Part shown: positions 1-12,211 of the stretch, in pieces
Layout: every line of letters starts with the position of its first letter
Position numbering within the stretch: position 1 is the stretch's first letter
Assembly (NCBI GenBank): GCA_004431415.1
Contig: QPMI01000068.1
Span: 1-64,000 of the forward strand
Origin: Cyanophora paradoxa CCMP329
Lineage: Eukaryota > Plantae > Glaucophyta
Direction: 5' to 3'
Length of the DNA stretch: 64,000 nt
Program-made: the position numbers and the translations under genes
Notes under the pieces: generated by a model
The model's database searches: none
Told to the model about the DNA's origin: nothing
What the model saw: the letters and a program-made list of their open reading frames with translations, nothing else

Positions 1-500
1 GCTCAGCCTGCCCCCTGGGGGTACTGCGTTTCCCATTTACATCCAGGCTTCGCTCAAGGGGCTCCTCCTCCCTCTCTCCCTCCGGCCAAGCTCAGCTCCG
101 AGGCTCGCCCCCTGGGGGTAGTTCTGCGTTTCCCATTTACGTCCAGGCTTTGCTCAAAGCTGCCCTCTCTCTCTCTCTCTCTCTCCTCTCTCCCTCCGGC
201 CAAGCTCAGCTCGCCCCCCTGGGGGTACTGCGTTTCCCATTTACGTCCAGGCTTTGCTCAAAGCTGCCCTCTCTCTCCCTCTCTCTCCTCTCGCCCTCCG
301 GCCAAGCTCAGCTCGCCCCCCTGGGGGGTACTGCGTTTCCCATTTACGTCCAGGCTTCGCTCAAGGGGCTCCTCCTCCCTCTCTCCCTCCGGCCACGCCC
401 AGCTCGCCCCCCTGGGGGGTACTGCGTTTCCCATTTACGTCCAGGCTTTGCTCAAAGCTGCCCTCTCTCTCTCTCTCCTCTCTCCCTCTGGCCAAGCTCA
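1..500. repeat. Tandem array of a ~91-bp unit (about 5 copies, open at window start)
   Basis: Repeated ccggccaagctcagctcgcccccctgggggtactgcgtttcccatttacgtccaggctttgctcaa plus variable CT tracts; same unit as 11722-12297. Confidence 0.95.
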
Positions 501-2269
501 AGCACCAGCTCGACACGAATACTAGCTGTAGCACTCTTGTCATCTATCTCCTCCTGCAGTCAGCATCCCAGTATCCGGTAGGCGAGGAGGGGGACTGTTG
601 TCAAGTGTGTACGAATGCAACAGGCTTTCCAAAAAAAAAGCCTATCAAACCATATAAGATAAATATAGCGACTCGGATGGCCCGCGTGAAAGTGCGGCTG
701 CACTGCATATGAACCTCTGTGCGACACGCGTACGCTCGAGCTCGTGCGTATGCCGGCGCCGTCTACATGTATGTACTACGGGATACGGGATGCGCGAGCT
801 CCATTCGCCTACTCTCCGACTCGTAGAGCATGCGCGTCGCCGTCGGCGTCCACCTCGACGCGGATCGCCCCCGCGTCACCAGCGCGCGGCTCGCCGGAGA
901 TCGCCGAAAAATCCTCTGTGAGTTCGCGCATCACCCGCAGCTTCTTGCTCACCCCGCTGCTGCGGCACTTGGACTCGAGGAGCATCTGAAAAGCTTTGGC
1001 GACGTTTTCGTTCGGGAATCCGTGCGCGACGGCCCGAATCTTCCAGGGGCCTCGGTCGCGCGTCATGTCCAGGAGCCCCGACCCGCGCAGCTCCGCAAAT
1101 TTGCGCTTGAGATTGCAGCAGCAACCCCGTAGGCAGAGCTGGGCTTGGCGCCGCCGAGGAGAAACACGACGGGCTGCTTGCAGCCAATTTCGCGGAGAGC
1201 TCGCCGCGCCGAGAGATTGGCGGCGGGAGCTCTGTCGGTGCGCATGCCGTCCACGTTCGCGCGGGCGGGCCTGCCGGGACACCCGCGCTAGCGCTGTGGG
1301 CGCCGGAGTCCGAATTAGAATTCGGAGCTTGCAGATCCGGCCGATGACTGCGCGCGCCGGAGATTGCGCGCCGCGCATGCGTTTGCTGATCATGAATCAT
1401 GACTGGCCATGGCGCACCGCGATGTTACCCTCTTGATCGGTGCAGACGTCGACGTGCGCGCCGAATCCGACGGTGCTCCCGGCCTCCTCGCGCTCGTGCC
1501 TGAGCTTGTCGCGATCGGCGTCGACATCTGCGGTCCGACTCCGGCTCGCGATCGGCCTCCGATCGTGGACGCCGGTCGCAGCGGTAACTGCAGCTGCGCG
1601 CAGCCTCGGGCTTGAGGTCGCCCTCTTCCGCGCCGCCCGTGCTCGCGCACGTGCTTGCAAGCGCCGACGTCGGCACATGCACATGCACATGTGCATCGGC
1701 ACGGACGGGCTCGAGAAGATTGTCCTTGCCTGACAGCGGAGATCCAGATTCGAGCTCGAGCTCGCGATCGTCGATGCGCGTACGCCAGAGTCGATGTCCC
1801 TATTTTGTGCGAGCGTCGCGACAGCGCCTGCAGCATGCACGGGAAAAGTGCGTGCGTCAGGGCGGGGGGCCCAGGGGCTGGAAGGTCTGCTGGCCATGGT
1901 CGTGCACGTGCCAGCGGGATTAATATTCTTGCGATGCGTGCCGACTTGGTCATCATCCGATCCGCACACAGCACCCGTGCCTCGACGTCTAGATCTGGCC
2001 ATAGGCGGCCCTGGTGCTTATAGCCACGTGCACCGACGTCGCCTCCCAGAGTCTGCTCTCGCCCCGGGCCGAGCTCGAGGACGACATCTACATTCCAGCC
2101 CTGCGCGTTCTTATATTATGATGACATCGCATGTATACATATTGAGTATACGTTCGAATTCATTGTTTCAATCAACACATGCCCACGCCTTTGTCGGCGT
2201 TGCAACTGGCCCTCTGCACCGGGATATAAGCGTGTCGAGCACTGCCATCCATCATTCCACAGTCCGGAA

Positions 2270-2799
2270 ATGCAAGCCAAGACCTGCCCGCACCCTTTCG
2301 TCGCGTCCACGCCCGAGGGCCGGTGTGCACCGTCTGCGGCGCGTGCGTGGCGTCGCGTTCGAATTCGAGTTTGAGGGCGAGGATACGCAGGCTCTAGGGT
2401 CGTCGATTCGTTCAACGAACGCGACGCGCACGGGCCCGGAACCGACGGCCGCGGCGGCGGCTCGACGACGTCGCCCAATTGCAAGGCCACCGAGACGGCC
2501 GAGATCTAGAGCTGCTGACCGCCTTGCGCGAGACGGCGGAGCGCATGTCGCTCCACGGCCGAGGAGCGCCGCGCGCCGGCCCTCGGCATCCTGAACGAGT
2601 CGGGTCCCACGTCAACTCTGACGCGGAGCGGATGGCCATGGCAATGGGCGCACCGCCGGCCGCGCGTACGGGGCCTCGCCCTCCGTGCCGCCCTCTACGA
2701 GGCCGCTCGGCTCCGTGCCGTGTCTCGCGCAGACCGTACCCCTCGCTGCTCGCATATGCACGCGTAGCCTTGTACACGTGTGTCGAAATTTTCATTTAG
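2270..2799 (+). pseudogene. TFIIB-like, copy 1 (Zn-ribbon remnant plus first cyclin repeat, frameshifted/truncated)
   Basis: MQAKTCPHP..., LLTALRETAERMSL; paralog of 3962-4860; gatataag ~45 bp upstream. Confidence 0.6.
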
Positions 2800-3178
2800 A
2801 CGTGGAAACAAAACCGTTTGAACGGAATTCACCTGCTTTGTTCTCGTCACACGACCGGCATGCGGCAGCGATTCTTCGAGTCGTTGGCGTCGTGCACGTG
2901 CACGTGCACGCGGCCCATGCATATGACCACGTGCACATATCCGGGTCGCCAGCGCTGATCGTATAATGCGTATACATGAGCACGCTCGAGGACGACATTA
3001 CATTCACCCTGCGCGTTCTTATATTATAATGACATCGCATGTATACATATTGAGTATACGTTTGATTCATTGTTTCAATCAAACACGTGCCCACGCCTTT
3101 TGTCGCGTTGCAACTGGCCCTCTGGCACCGGGATATAAGCGTGTCGAGCACTGCCATCCATCATTCCACAGTCCGGAA

Positions 3179-3700
3179 ATGCAAGCCAAGACCTGCCCGC
3201 ACCCTTTCGTCGCGTCCACGCCCGAGGGCCGGTGTGCACCGTCTGCGCGCGTGCGTGGCGTCGCGTTCGAATTCGAGTTTGAGGGGCGAGGATACGCAGC
3301 TCTAGGGTCGTCGATTCGTTCAACGAACGCGACGCGCACGGGCCCGGAACGACGGCCGCGCGGCGGCTCGACGACGTCGCCCAATTGCAAGCCCACCGAG
3401 ACGGCCGAGATCTAGAGCTGCTGACCGCCTTGCGCGAGACGGCGGAGCGCATGTCGCTCCCGCGGCCGAGGAGCGCCGCGCGCCGGGCCCTCGGCATCCT
3501 GAACGAGTCGGGGTCCCACATCAACTCTGACGCGGAGCCGGATGGCCATGGGCGCACCGCCGGCGCGCGTACGGGGCCTCGCCCTCCGTGCCGCCTCTAC
3601 GAGGCTGCTCGGCTCCGTGCGTGTCTCGCGCAGACCGTACCCTCGCTGCTCGCATATGCACGCGTAGCCTTGTACATGTACACGTGTGTCGAATTTTCAT
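3179..3700 (+). pseudogene. TFIIB-like, copy 2 (frameshifted/truncated)
   Basis: MQAKTCPHPFVASTPEG, ETAERMSLPRPRSAARRALGIL; duplicate of copy 1. Confidence 0.6.
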
Positions 3701-3961
3701 TTAGACTGGAAACAACGGAATTCACCTGCTTTGTTCCGTCACACGACCGTGCATGCGGCAGCGATTCTTCGAGTCGTTGGCGTCGTGCACGTGCACGCGG
3801 CCCATGCATATGACCACGTATGCCGGGTCGCCAGCGCTGATCGTATGATGCGCATACATGACCACGCGCGAACTGGAACTTTGATTTCTGACGCGGTCGG
3901 CCCGATTGCAGCGAGGATAAAGACGACGCGATCTCTCTCGTACCGCATTTCACAGACCGGA

Positions 3962-4860
3962 ATGGAATCCAAGACCTGCCCGCACCCTTTCGTCGCGTCC
4001 ACGCCCGAGGGGCCGGTGTGCACCGTTTGCGGCGCGTGCGTGGGCGTCGCGTTCGAGGGCCCGGCGCTGCGCACGTACACGCGGGCATGGGGATGTGCGT
4101 GGAATGCACATGGGCAAGCACGTGCACGTGTGCTTTGCAACGCCAATGCGGCGCGCTCGCGGGCGACGGACGCCTCGGCGCGGCGCCGGCCAGAGGCGAG
4201 CTCGAGGCGGGGCGCGGTGCCGAGCGCGCTCCGCGTGCGCGGACCGCCAGAACCTGCTCGCGACCGTGCACGATATTGCGGAGCGCATGTCGCTTCCCGA
4301 GAGCGTCGCGCTCCAGGCCTTTGAAATTCTGTGCGAGTCCGACGAGCGCACGGAATCGTCAACGGGCGCGCTACGACGTCCTCGCATCGCCGCGCTGTAC
4401 GCCGCCGTCCAGTTCGCGGGATCCCCGCTCCTCCGGAGTTTCTGGAGCAGGGCGACCTGTGCGCGTGCGGCGGCACGGCCTCTTTCACTCGGGCGAGCTG
4501 CAGCGCATGATCCGCTCCCTGAGCGCACAATTCGGTCAGCAAATGGTGGCAGGGTACGGCATGACGGAAGAGATCATCCGTTCCATAGGACGACGCATTG
4601 AATTCGACCGAGCGACCATTGCCCGCGCGCAGGAGCTCTTCCGAACCGCAGCGAGCCGTGCCCCCCGCCCATTTTCGAGGTCGCCCGAAAGTCTCGCCGT
4701 CGCCGCCTGGCCCTTGCGAGCAAGCCGTCGACGCCGCGAGCGCAATCGACGTCGGCTTTGACCCGACGCTGGAGCTTTCGCAGGATCTCGCACGCGGCGG
4801 GAGTCTCGCCGACGGCGGTGCGCGGCCGCGCGCGATTTCAAGGAGCGGTTAGCGGCGCAG
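3962..4860 (+). pseudogene. TFIIB-like transcription initiation factor, most complete copy (several frameshifts; end approximate)
   Basis: Zn ribbon CPH-x11-CTVCG; cyclin repeat 1 IAERMSLPESVALQAFEIL...AALYAA; repeat 2 IARAQELFR...RSPESLAVAA; C-terminal HTH RRISHAAGVSPTAVR. Confidence 0.75.
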
Positions 4861-5049
4861 GACACTCGGCCATGCCCAGCCGCGGCCGCGCCGCGGGCGC
4901 CGCCGTACCGTAGTGCGCGTGAGCGAGGCGGCTGGCGATATCGATGGCGATCGCGCGCGAGGCTGAGCTCGCGCATGCGTGTGATCGCGAATCGCGAGGC
5001 TCGGGAGGAGGGCAGGCGCGCTTCTACAGCTAGCCATATGTATTTATGC

Positions 5050-5417
5050 AGATGCCGTCGCCCGCCACGACACCGCCCTCCAGCGCCGCACCCTCGAGCT
5101 CTCGAGGGCGACGAGCTCCTCGGCCCTTTAAAAACACTTGTCGGGGCGTACCAGATCCTCTGCGCGCACCCGCGTCCGCATCGCGGTCCTCGCCGACGTG
5201 GACGCGTAGAGCTGTAGATGTAGGCCCGTGTATCCGAGGCCCCGCGTGTAATCGATATCGGAAATCGGACTCGATTTCGTTGCGATTAATTGGACTCTTG
5301 AATGCCAGTACTAGTGGAGGCGCTGTGCACGCAGCCGCCCTCGCCGACGTGGAGGCGTAGAGCTCTAGATCTCCTGTGCACTCACACTCGCAATTGCAAT
5401 CGACTCTGTTGGGCCAT
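5050..5417. repeat. ~370-bp direct repeat, second copy at ~6290-6625
   Basis: ctcgagggcgacgagctc...ggcgtaccagatcctctgcgcgcacc...cgactctgttgggccatg occurs at both positions. Confidence 0.9.
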
Positions 5418-5628
5418 GGCGTCGGGCCGACGCCCCCGATCGGGAGCTCGTCCGATGGTCTCTGAATTCGCACGCGCGTCCGCGTGTAGCTGTATATAGG
5501 AGTTCGAACGCGGGCGCTCGTATGATCGTCGACGCAGGGCCGTCCGATCATGAGCGACCGCGAGGGCGTACCCGTCCCCGTCAACTCTTTGGAAATTCGA
5601 ATTCTCGCGGGGCCGCCGCGGCCCGCAG

Positions 5629-5636
5629 TATAAAAG
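5629..5636 (+). promoter_or_regulatory. TATA box (TATAAAAG) upstream of the helicase-like ORF
   Basis: Consensus TATAAAAG in GC-rich context ~110 bp before the ATG at 5747. Confidence 0.5.
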
Positions 5637-5746
5637 GCGGCCCCGAGCGAGCTCCGCACTGCAAACCGCGGCCGTGCACCCTAGCACGCTCGCACCCGTC
5701 GCGTCAACGTTTCCAAGTTAGCGCGACGCGCCGAGCCATCACGATC

Positions 5747-6436
5747 ATGGCGATCGCGACGCCGCGTTGGAACATCGACCTCGCAAACCCTGGCGACGCG
5801 GTGTACGTCGGGCGCGCCGACACCGTTCTCGTCCGCGTGCTACGCGACCAGGGCTTTGCCGACAGGCGGATCCTCGCCGTCTTCGCCCTCTACGGCCGCG
5901 CCCTCGTCGGCGGAGGCAACGACGGCTTCCGAAAGACGGCGCTCTCCATCGAGGGGCTCACCGTCACGGGAAAGACGCTCGCCGTCAACTGCCTGACCAC
6001 CGTCGCCAAGCTGCTGCTGCCCGGCGGGGCCGACGCCGTCGTGGATGTCGGCGAGAAAGAGATGAAGAACCGCAAGTTTGCGCAATGGACCACGACGCGC
6101 TGCGAGACGGCGCGCGCGCTCGTCGTGCGCGAGGAGCCGCTGTTCTCCACCGCGCGCCTGGGCCGCATCTGGGACGGCGTGACGAAGACGCTCGTCGTCG
6201 TCTCGAACAGAGGGCTCGCGTTCCAGCGCGCCGCCGCCGCCGCCGCCGCCTACGAGCACCGCTTCCTCCGCATCCGGTTCGGCACCCCATCGCCGTCCAC
6301 GACACCTCCTCGAGAGCCGCATCCCTCTCGAGGGCGACGAGCTCCGCGGCGCCTTTGTCGAGGCGTACCAGATCCTCTGCGCGCACCCCGCCGTCCGCAT
6401 CGCGGTCCTCGACGACGTGGACGCGTAGAGCTGTAG
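5747..6436 (+). CDS. D5-like superfamily 3 helicase domain, short and divergent, no primase domain
   Basis: YGRALVG...SIEGLTVTGKT (Walker A), LVVREE (Walker B), LVVVSN (motif C), RFLRIRF (Arg-finger region). Confidence 0.6.
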   Translation: MAIATPRWNIDLANPGDAVYVGRADTVLVRVLRDQGFADRRILAVFALYGRALVGGGNDGFRKTALSIEGLTVTGKTLAVNCLTTVAKLLLPGGADAVVDVGEKEMKNRKFAQWTTTRCETARALVVREEPLFSTARLGRIWDGVTKTLVVVSNRGLAFQRAAAAAAAYEHRFLRIRFGTPSPSTTPPREPHPSRGRRAPRRLCRGVPDPLRAPRRPHRGPRRRGRVEL

Positions 6437-7554
6437 ATGTAGGCCCGTGTATCCGAGGCCCGCGTGTAATCGATATCGGAAATCGGACTCGATTTCGTTG
6501 CGATTGGACTCTTGAATGCCAGTACTAGTGGAGGCGCTGTGCACGCAGCCGCCCTCGCCGACGTGGAGGCGTAGAGCTCTAGATCTCCTGTGCACTCACA
6601 CTCGCAATCGACTCTGTTGGGCCATGAGCGATAACAATCGACTCTGTTGGGCCATGAGTGATAATTGTAGGCCGGGAGGCAAACTTAGAGGTCGGTTTCT
6701 GTCGACGTCTCTGCGCTGGCAATTGTTTGCGTAATTGAGAACATCGACTTGCAATTGCGAAACATACATATGCATATGTGCGGGTTGAGCTTGCAGATGT
6801 CTAATCGATAACAATAATACATCGCAGCAGCTGTAGCTGTAGCTACAGCTATCTAAATGCGTCGGATGTGAATTCGAGGTGAGCATGAATTCGAGCGAAT
6901 TCAACTCTGAGCATGAGCAAACATCGAATTATGTAGCCAGGTAATAATGTGAGCGTTCAAATTAATAATATTTGAATGTGGCCAGGTGCAGACATACGAA
7001 ACCGTCCATGCATCTGGGAGCCCGAGCGCGGCTAAAAGCAGGCGTGCCGGACGCATGTGCAGGCCGTTCTAGACGTGCGAGGTGGCACAAAATCAACGCG
7101 TGCTCCAGCTCGCCGATCGCGGTCGAGCTCCCCGCAGTGCACGTGCACCCCGGTTTATATAGCTACGCCCGCACACGCATACAATTGCAAGGAGCCCAAG
7201 TCAGCAGCAGCGGTCAACGTTGCACCCGCAACCGTTGAACGTCGACGCAGTGAAACGATCCATGATCCCACTGCGAGCCTCGCGCTTGAATTCGAAGCGA
7301 CGCACCCGCACACGCCGACCGTGATCGCCCGCTTCAAATTCAGACGTCGACGCGAATTGTAAAACAGCAAGATACAAAACACATACACATGTCGACTGGA
7401 AAGGGCCCGCCGGCGCCTCCGGATCCGGATCCACCGCGAGCCCGAACTCGAAGCGGGGCGCCGGCGTCGCGGCCGCTGGCGCTGGGCCTCGAGCCCACCG
7501 TCCGCCCACGCTCTCGCGCTCGCGCGGCCGTCGTTTGACGGCCGACCGGCCAAG

Positions 7555-9558
7555 GTGCAGCTTCCGACGTTTATAAGCATTGGACGGGATCCGAGCCGTG
7601 CGTTTCGCCCCTCGTGCGCGCGGTGCGGCCTGGAGAGCGTGACGCCGCCGGCGTACCTCCTCCCCTGCGCCGCGGCCCGCGTCCTGGCCGCTCGGGGCCT
7701 CGTCCCTCGGCGAGGCGCTCGAGACGCACCCCAGCCCGACGCTGGAGGACCTGCGCGGGGCGCGTCCTCCTCGTTCGTGTGCCTCACGTGCGCCCTCACC
7801 CTCGTCTCCGGCGCCGTACCCGATCGCCATCGCGACCCATGGCCACCCGCCGCAAACGCGGATGCGGGGTCGACGTCCAATTTGAATCCAAAGCCGACGA
7901 CGACGACGACGGAGGACGCGCCCGCGCATGCCCGCCGCTCGTTCACGTGCCCCGCGTGCAAGGAGGGCACAGGGCCCCGGAGGATCTGCTGACGTCCTCC
8001 CGCATCGACGCCTACCTGGCGTACATGTCCTTTATCGAGGAAGGGCCGGCAGCGCGCAGAGCTGGATCTCGTCCGAAATCGTCGCCAGGCAGGCGCTCGT
8101 CTCCGTCTGCGAGCGCGTCGCGCAGCTCGAGCTCGAGCTGCAGCATGCGCACGCGCAGCAGACTCTGAGTTCCGGATCCGCCGGCGCCGATCGCGATCCG
8201 CCCACGCACGCGCCGGCCTCGGAGGCGTCCGGCGAGCCCAAGGGCGCGGATCCAGAGGTTCCTCCGAAAGAGGCAGACGCGACGGCCTCCACCTCCGTGG
8301 CCAGCGCGAGCTCTGCGCATGCAGGCGATTGCAAGCTCAAGGCCGCCGCAAGCTCCGATCCCGATCGCGCCGGCCCCGGCTCGAGCGCCTGGAAGGGCAA
8401 GGCGCCGGTGACGCGATCTCCCGCCAATCCGAATTCCACCGCGGACCCGGCCGCAGCCGCAGCGCCCGCCCTCCCCGCAGACTCGAGCGGAGCGCTGCGA
8501 GCGCTGCAGGGAAAGATCCGGCGGCGGATCCGGACGATGGTCGCGCCGCCGCCGCAGCTGCAGCGACGGAGAGGCTGCGAAAACGAAAGAAGCCGGATTC
8601 GGACGCGGCGGCGGCCGTGGCCTCCAGCTCCAATTCCGGCCCAGCGCTGCTAGCTCGAGCTCGCGATCGCGATCGCGATCGGCCACGGGGGCCGGGGGCC
8701 GTGGGGCCGGGGCCGCGGGTGCCGGTACCCCCGCGAAACGCGCGCGCAGCAAGTGGGGGGCGGGGAGGACGGAGCGCAAACCCTACGAGAGCGACAAGCT
8801 CGTCAAAATCCTCTACTGCGCGTACACCCACCCCGCAGAGAATCCGGAGGCCTCGGGCTCCGAGGAGGAGGCCGGGCCGCCTGCGGCTGCAGCGGCAGGT
8901 GAAGCCGACCAAGGGGCCGAGGCGTCGACGGATCCCAAAGGCGCGGCGGCGGCCCGGCGGCGGCGGCGCTGCAGCTGGCGGGGCCGGTCGCGAGCTCGAG
9001 CGGCGGCGGAAAGCGGCCGCGGGGGGGTCGGGGGGCCGACAAAGGGGCCCGTTCGGACGCCGACGCGTCCGATTCCCCGTCCGCTTCGAACTCCAATCCG
9101 GGCTCGGGCTCCGACTCGCGCGCCGGCAGCCCCGATCACGACGCCGACCCCCGCGAGGCCGAGCTCGCGGCCGCGTGGGAAGCGGCGCTCGCGACGGCCG
9201 CCGAAGGCCCGCAGGGAGACGAGGACGAGCTCGAGGGGGGCCTCGAGGGGGCCGCCGCGGGGGAGGACTCCAAGGTGGACCCCGAGAGCCTGCCCGCGTA
9301 CGAGATGGGCCTGTCGGCCGGCGTGGACATTGCCCTCGTCGGAAGGCGCCTCGACGGAAACGCCGAGGCGCGGGCGGAGCTGCTGGAGCGCGTCCAGCAG
9401 CTGGGGCGCGATCGGATCCGGGCCATCATGCTCGTCGCCGCCGCCGTGCTCGGCGCCTACGAAAAGTACAGGGACCAGCACGGAAACAACCGAAAGCTTT
9501 GGGGTACTGGAGGAAGACGCACGTCGAAAGCAAGTACAATTCCATCCTCGGTACGTGA
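7555..9558 (+). pseudogene. RING-finger-like N-terminus followed by a long Ala/Pro/Glu-rich region (frameshifted; start uncertain)
   Basis: CARC...YLLPC...FVCLTC...FTCPAC, with the His ligand missing and an insertion; protein-like sequence continues across frames to ...ESKYNSILGT*. Confidence 0.4.
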
Positions 9559-10402
9559 TCGTGAGGGTGATCGCTCGCGCACGTGCACGTTTTGAATTTT
9601 GGTTTCGATTCGCTTTCGTTTCGGTCGAGATCGTCAAGTCGCTGAGCGCACGCCGCGCACTTTACGATTTCCGGGTTTCTCGCCTGCATTTAAATCTATA
9701 TATATAGATCCGCGCACATCTACGCATCCCCGTTTACGCTGACTCGCAAATTTACACGCCGGCGCAGAGGCGGTCGGCTTCCGGCTCGAGCTTCCCGCGC
9801 AGAGGACGGAAATCTACACGGATCTGAGGAACCTCGCCGAAACCATCCGCCGCTTCCCGGGCCTGGCTCGCGTCACGGGAACGGGAATCAGCGCCATCGA
9901 CTTTGTCTCGACCGTCCCGCTTCTTCGAACCGCCGACGCCGAGGGCGCCAAGCGCGTCTCGGCGCGCATCTTGGACGCCGTGCGGAGCGCCGAGGCTACA
10001 CGTTTGACGAAACCGTGCTGGCGCTCGCCTCGGGGCGAGACGAAGACGACGACAAGGGGAGGAGGGGGCGGAGAACGCGGCGACGAGGCCTCCGAGGCCG
10101 GATCCGCGTCCGGGTCGGGAGCGGGTGACGCGCGGGCCAATAACTACATATCGTAGTATGCGACCCGTGTTCGAGATTCGGTTCTAGTCTGAATTTTCGG
10201 CGGCCGGCGGCGGCATGCAGCATGCACATGCCCACGATCGCGAGTCCGAGTCTCCATCTCGCCGCACGCGCTCAATGGATCGAATACTCATTTCATTTGT
10301 ATACGTACACAGGGCGGGCCGGGGAGCGAGACCTCTTAAGCTTCCGCCCCCGCCCCCTCCCCGCCGCCGGCTACATACACACACACACACGTGCACGGCA
10401 TC

Positions 10403-11107
10403 ATGAGCACCTCCACGCACACCGCATGCGCACCCCACCTCGCGCTCTCGCCCCGGGCGCTACCCCCGCAGACTCTACATCTGCCGCCCCGGCCCGCTGC
10501 GCGCGCGCCGGCCCCGCCCCTGGATCTCGATCTTGGTCCCGCCCTCGTGGCGCGCTGCACCCCCGACGGCGAGAGCGTGCCCCTCTGCGCCGCCCTCGTG
10601 GGGTACTCGCGGCTGCTCGGGTCGGTGCTCGAGTGCAGCGACGCCGTCGCGGCGGCCGGGTCCGGATCCGGGACGGTCCCCGTCGACCTCCCCGCCTCGG
10701 CGGCCACCGTGCGCCTCGCCAACGCCGCCGCGTTTGGAACGTGGCCCCCCGAGCGCGAGCCGCCCGACCTCGGGGCGTACTTTGAGCTCCTCGACCTGCT
10801 CATGTTCCTCGACGCGTACCAGGGCCCGCTCGGCAGCCGCATCGTCCAGCGGGCGGCACGCCAGCTCTCCACCCAGTACGCGTCCGACCCGGGCGCGGTC
10901 CTGCGCGCGCTGGACGCCCGCTGGGGGCGCCGCGGCGCGAGCTCGAGCTCGCAATCGGCGGGCGCCGCGCGGGCCCGGCCCCCGAAGAAGCGCAAGCGAC
11001 CGGAATCCCCGGGCCCCGCGGATCCAGATCTAGAAGAGATCGAGCCCGGTCGCGGATCGAACCCGAGGCCTCGAGCTCTCTATATCTGCAGGGCGCCCCG
11101 GCCATAG
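10403..11107 (+). CDS. SKP1/BTB-POZ-like protein with a C-terminal NLS-like PPKKRKRP
   Basis: TPDGESVPL..YSRLLGSVLE / VPVDLPASAATV / YFELLDLLMFLD parallel SKP1 SSDGETF..SxTIKxMLE / IPLPNV / LFELILAANYLD. Confidence 0.6.
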   Translation: MSTSTHTACAPHLALSPRALPPQTLHLPPRPAARAPAPPLDLDLGPALVARCTPDGESVPLCAALVGYSRLLGSVLECSDAVAAAGSGSGTVPVDLPASAATVRLANAAAFGTWPPEREPPDLGAYFELLDLLMFLDAYQGPLGSRIVQRAARQLSTQYASDPGAVLRALDARWGRRGASSSSQSAGAARARPPKKRKRPESPGPADPDLEEIEPGRGSNPRPRALYICRAPRP

Positions 11108-11390
11108 GGGAGCCCTGGACGATAATGGGAAACGCTGTATCCCACGCCCCTCCTCTCTGCGGAGCGCCCCCGCCATAGGGGAGCCCTGGACGATAATGGG
11201 AAACGATGTACCCCCGCAGATCTCCTCTCTGCGGGGCAGCCCCCGCCATAGGGAGGCCTGGACGATAATGGGAAACGCTGTACCCCGGGGCCCTCCTCTC
11301 TGCAGATCCGGAGCGTTCCCGGCCCGCCATAGGGGAGGCCTGGACGATAATGGGAAACTTCGTACCCCGGGACCCTCCTCTCTGCGGAGG
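11095..11390. repeat. Four 70-85-bp tandem repeats carrying the satellite core motif in inverted orientation
   Basis: gccatagggga..cctggacgataatgggaaac at ~11101, 11172, 11246, 11326. Confidence 0.9.
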
Positions 11391-11721
11391 AGAGTTGCCA
11401 GAAGTTTGATTTCACAACAAAAGATTCGACTTTGGACAGCGGCAATATATATCGAAATCGATCATGAGCTTGAAATTAAAAAGCGAGAGACGGACCATAG
11501 GAGAAAGAAGGCCTAGGGCTAATTGAAATCTAGGTGCTGATCGTGAGGCTCAGAAGCTGGAAGTTCTAGATAAGATGAGTATCGGGACCGTTCGCTTGTG
11601 CAGGTAATATTGATCATGATGACTATCGCCGATCGTGTGCTCCGTTTGGCTGATGGGAGGAGGAGAGGGGAGGGGGGAGCTCGCCTGGGGCCCTGCATTT
11701 CTCTGCTCCCCCCCTCTCCCG

Positions 11722-12170
11722 TCTCTCCCTCCGGCCACGCTCAGCTCGCCCCCCTGGGGGTACTGCGTTTCCCATTTACGTCCAGGCTTTGCTCAAGGCC
11801 GCCCCTCCCCCCTCTCTCCCTCCGGCCACGCTCAGCTCGCCCCCCTGGGGGTACTGCGTTTCCCATTTACGTCCAGGCTTTGCTCAAGGCCGCCCCCTCC
11901 CCCCTCTCTCCCTCCGGCCAAGCTCAGCTCGCCCCCCTGGGGGTACAGCGTTTCCCATTTACGTCCAGGCTTCGCTCAAGGCCGCCCCTCCCCCCTCTCT
12001 CCTCTCTCCCTCCGGCCAAGCTCAGCTCGCCCCCCTGGGGGTACTGCGTTTCCCATTTACGTCCAGGCTTTGCTCAAGGCCGCCCCTCCCCCCTCTCTCC
12101 CTCCGGCCAAGCTCAGCTCGCCCCCCTGGGGGTACTGCGTTTCCCATTTACGTCCAGGCTTTGCTCAAAG

Positions 12171-12211
<41 letters not shown>

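Larger units (their letters stand above)
2073..3850. repeat. ~910-bp tandem duplication containing truncated TFIIB-like copies
   Basis: gctcgaggacgacat...gcgttcttatattat starts at ~2073 and ~2984; near-identical text continues through gggtcgccagcgctgatcgtat. Confidence 0.9.

Noticed and set aside
830-1615. Short ORFs 830..1132 and 1409..1615
   Set aside because: Protein-like composition but no recognisable motif; cannot be supported
12174-12209. C36 run as a functional G-quadruplex element
   Set aside because: Lies in the variable pyrimidine tract of the satellite; homopolymer length is unreliable
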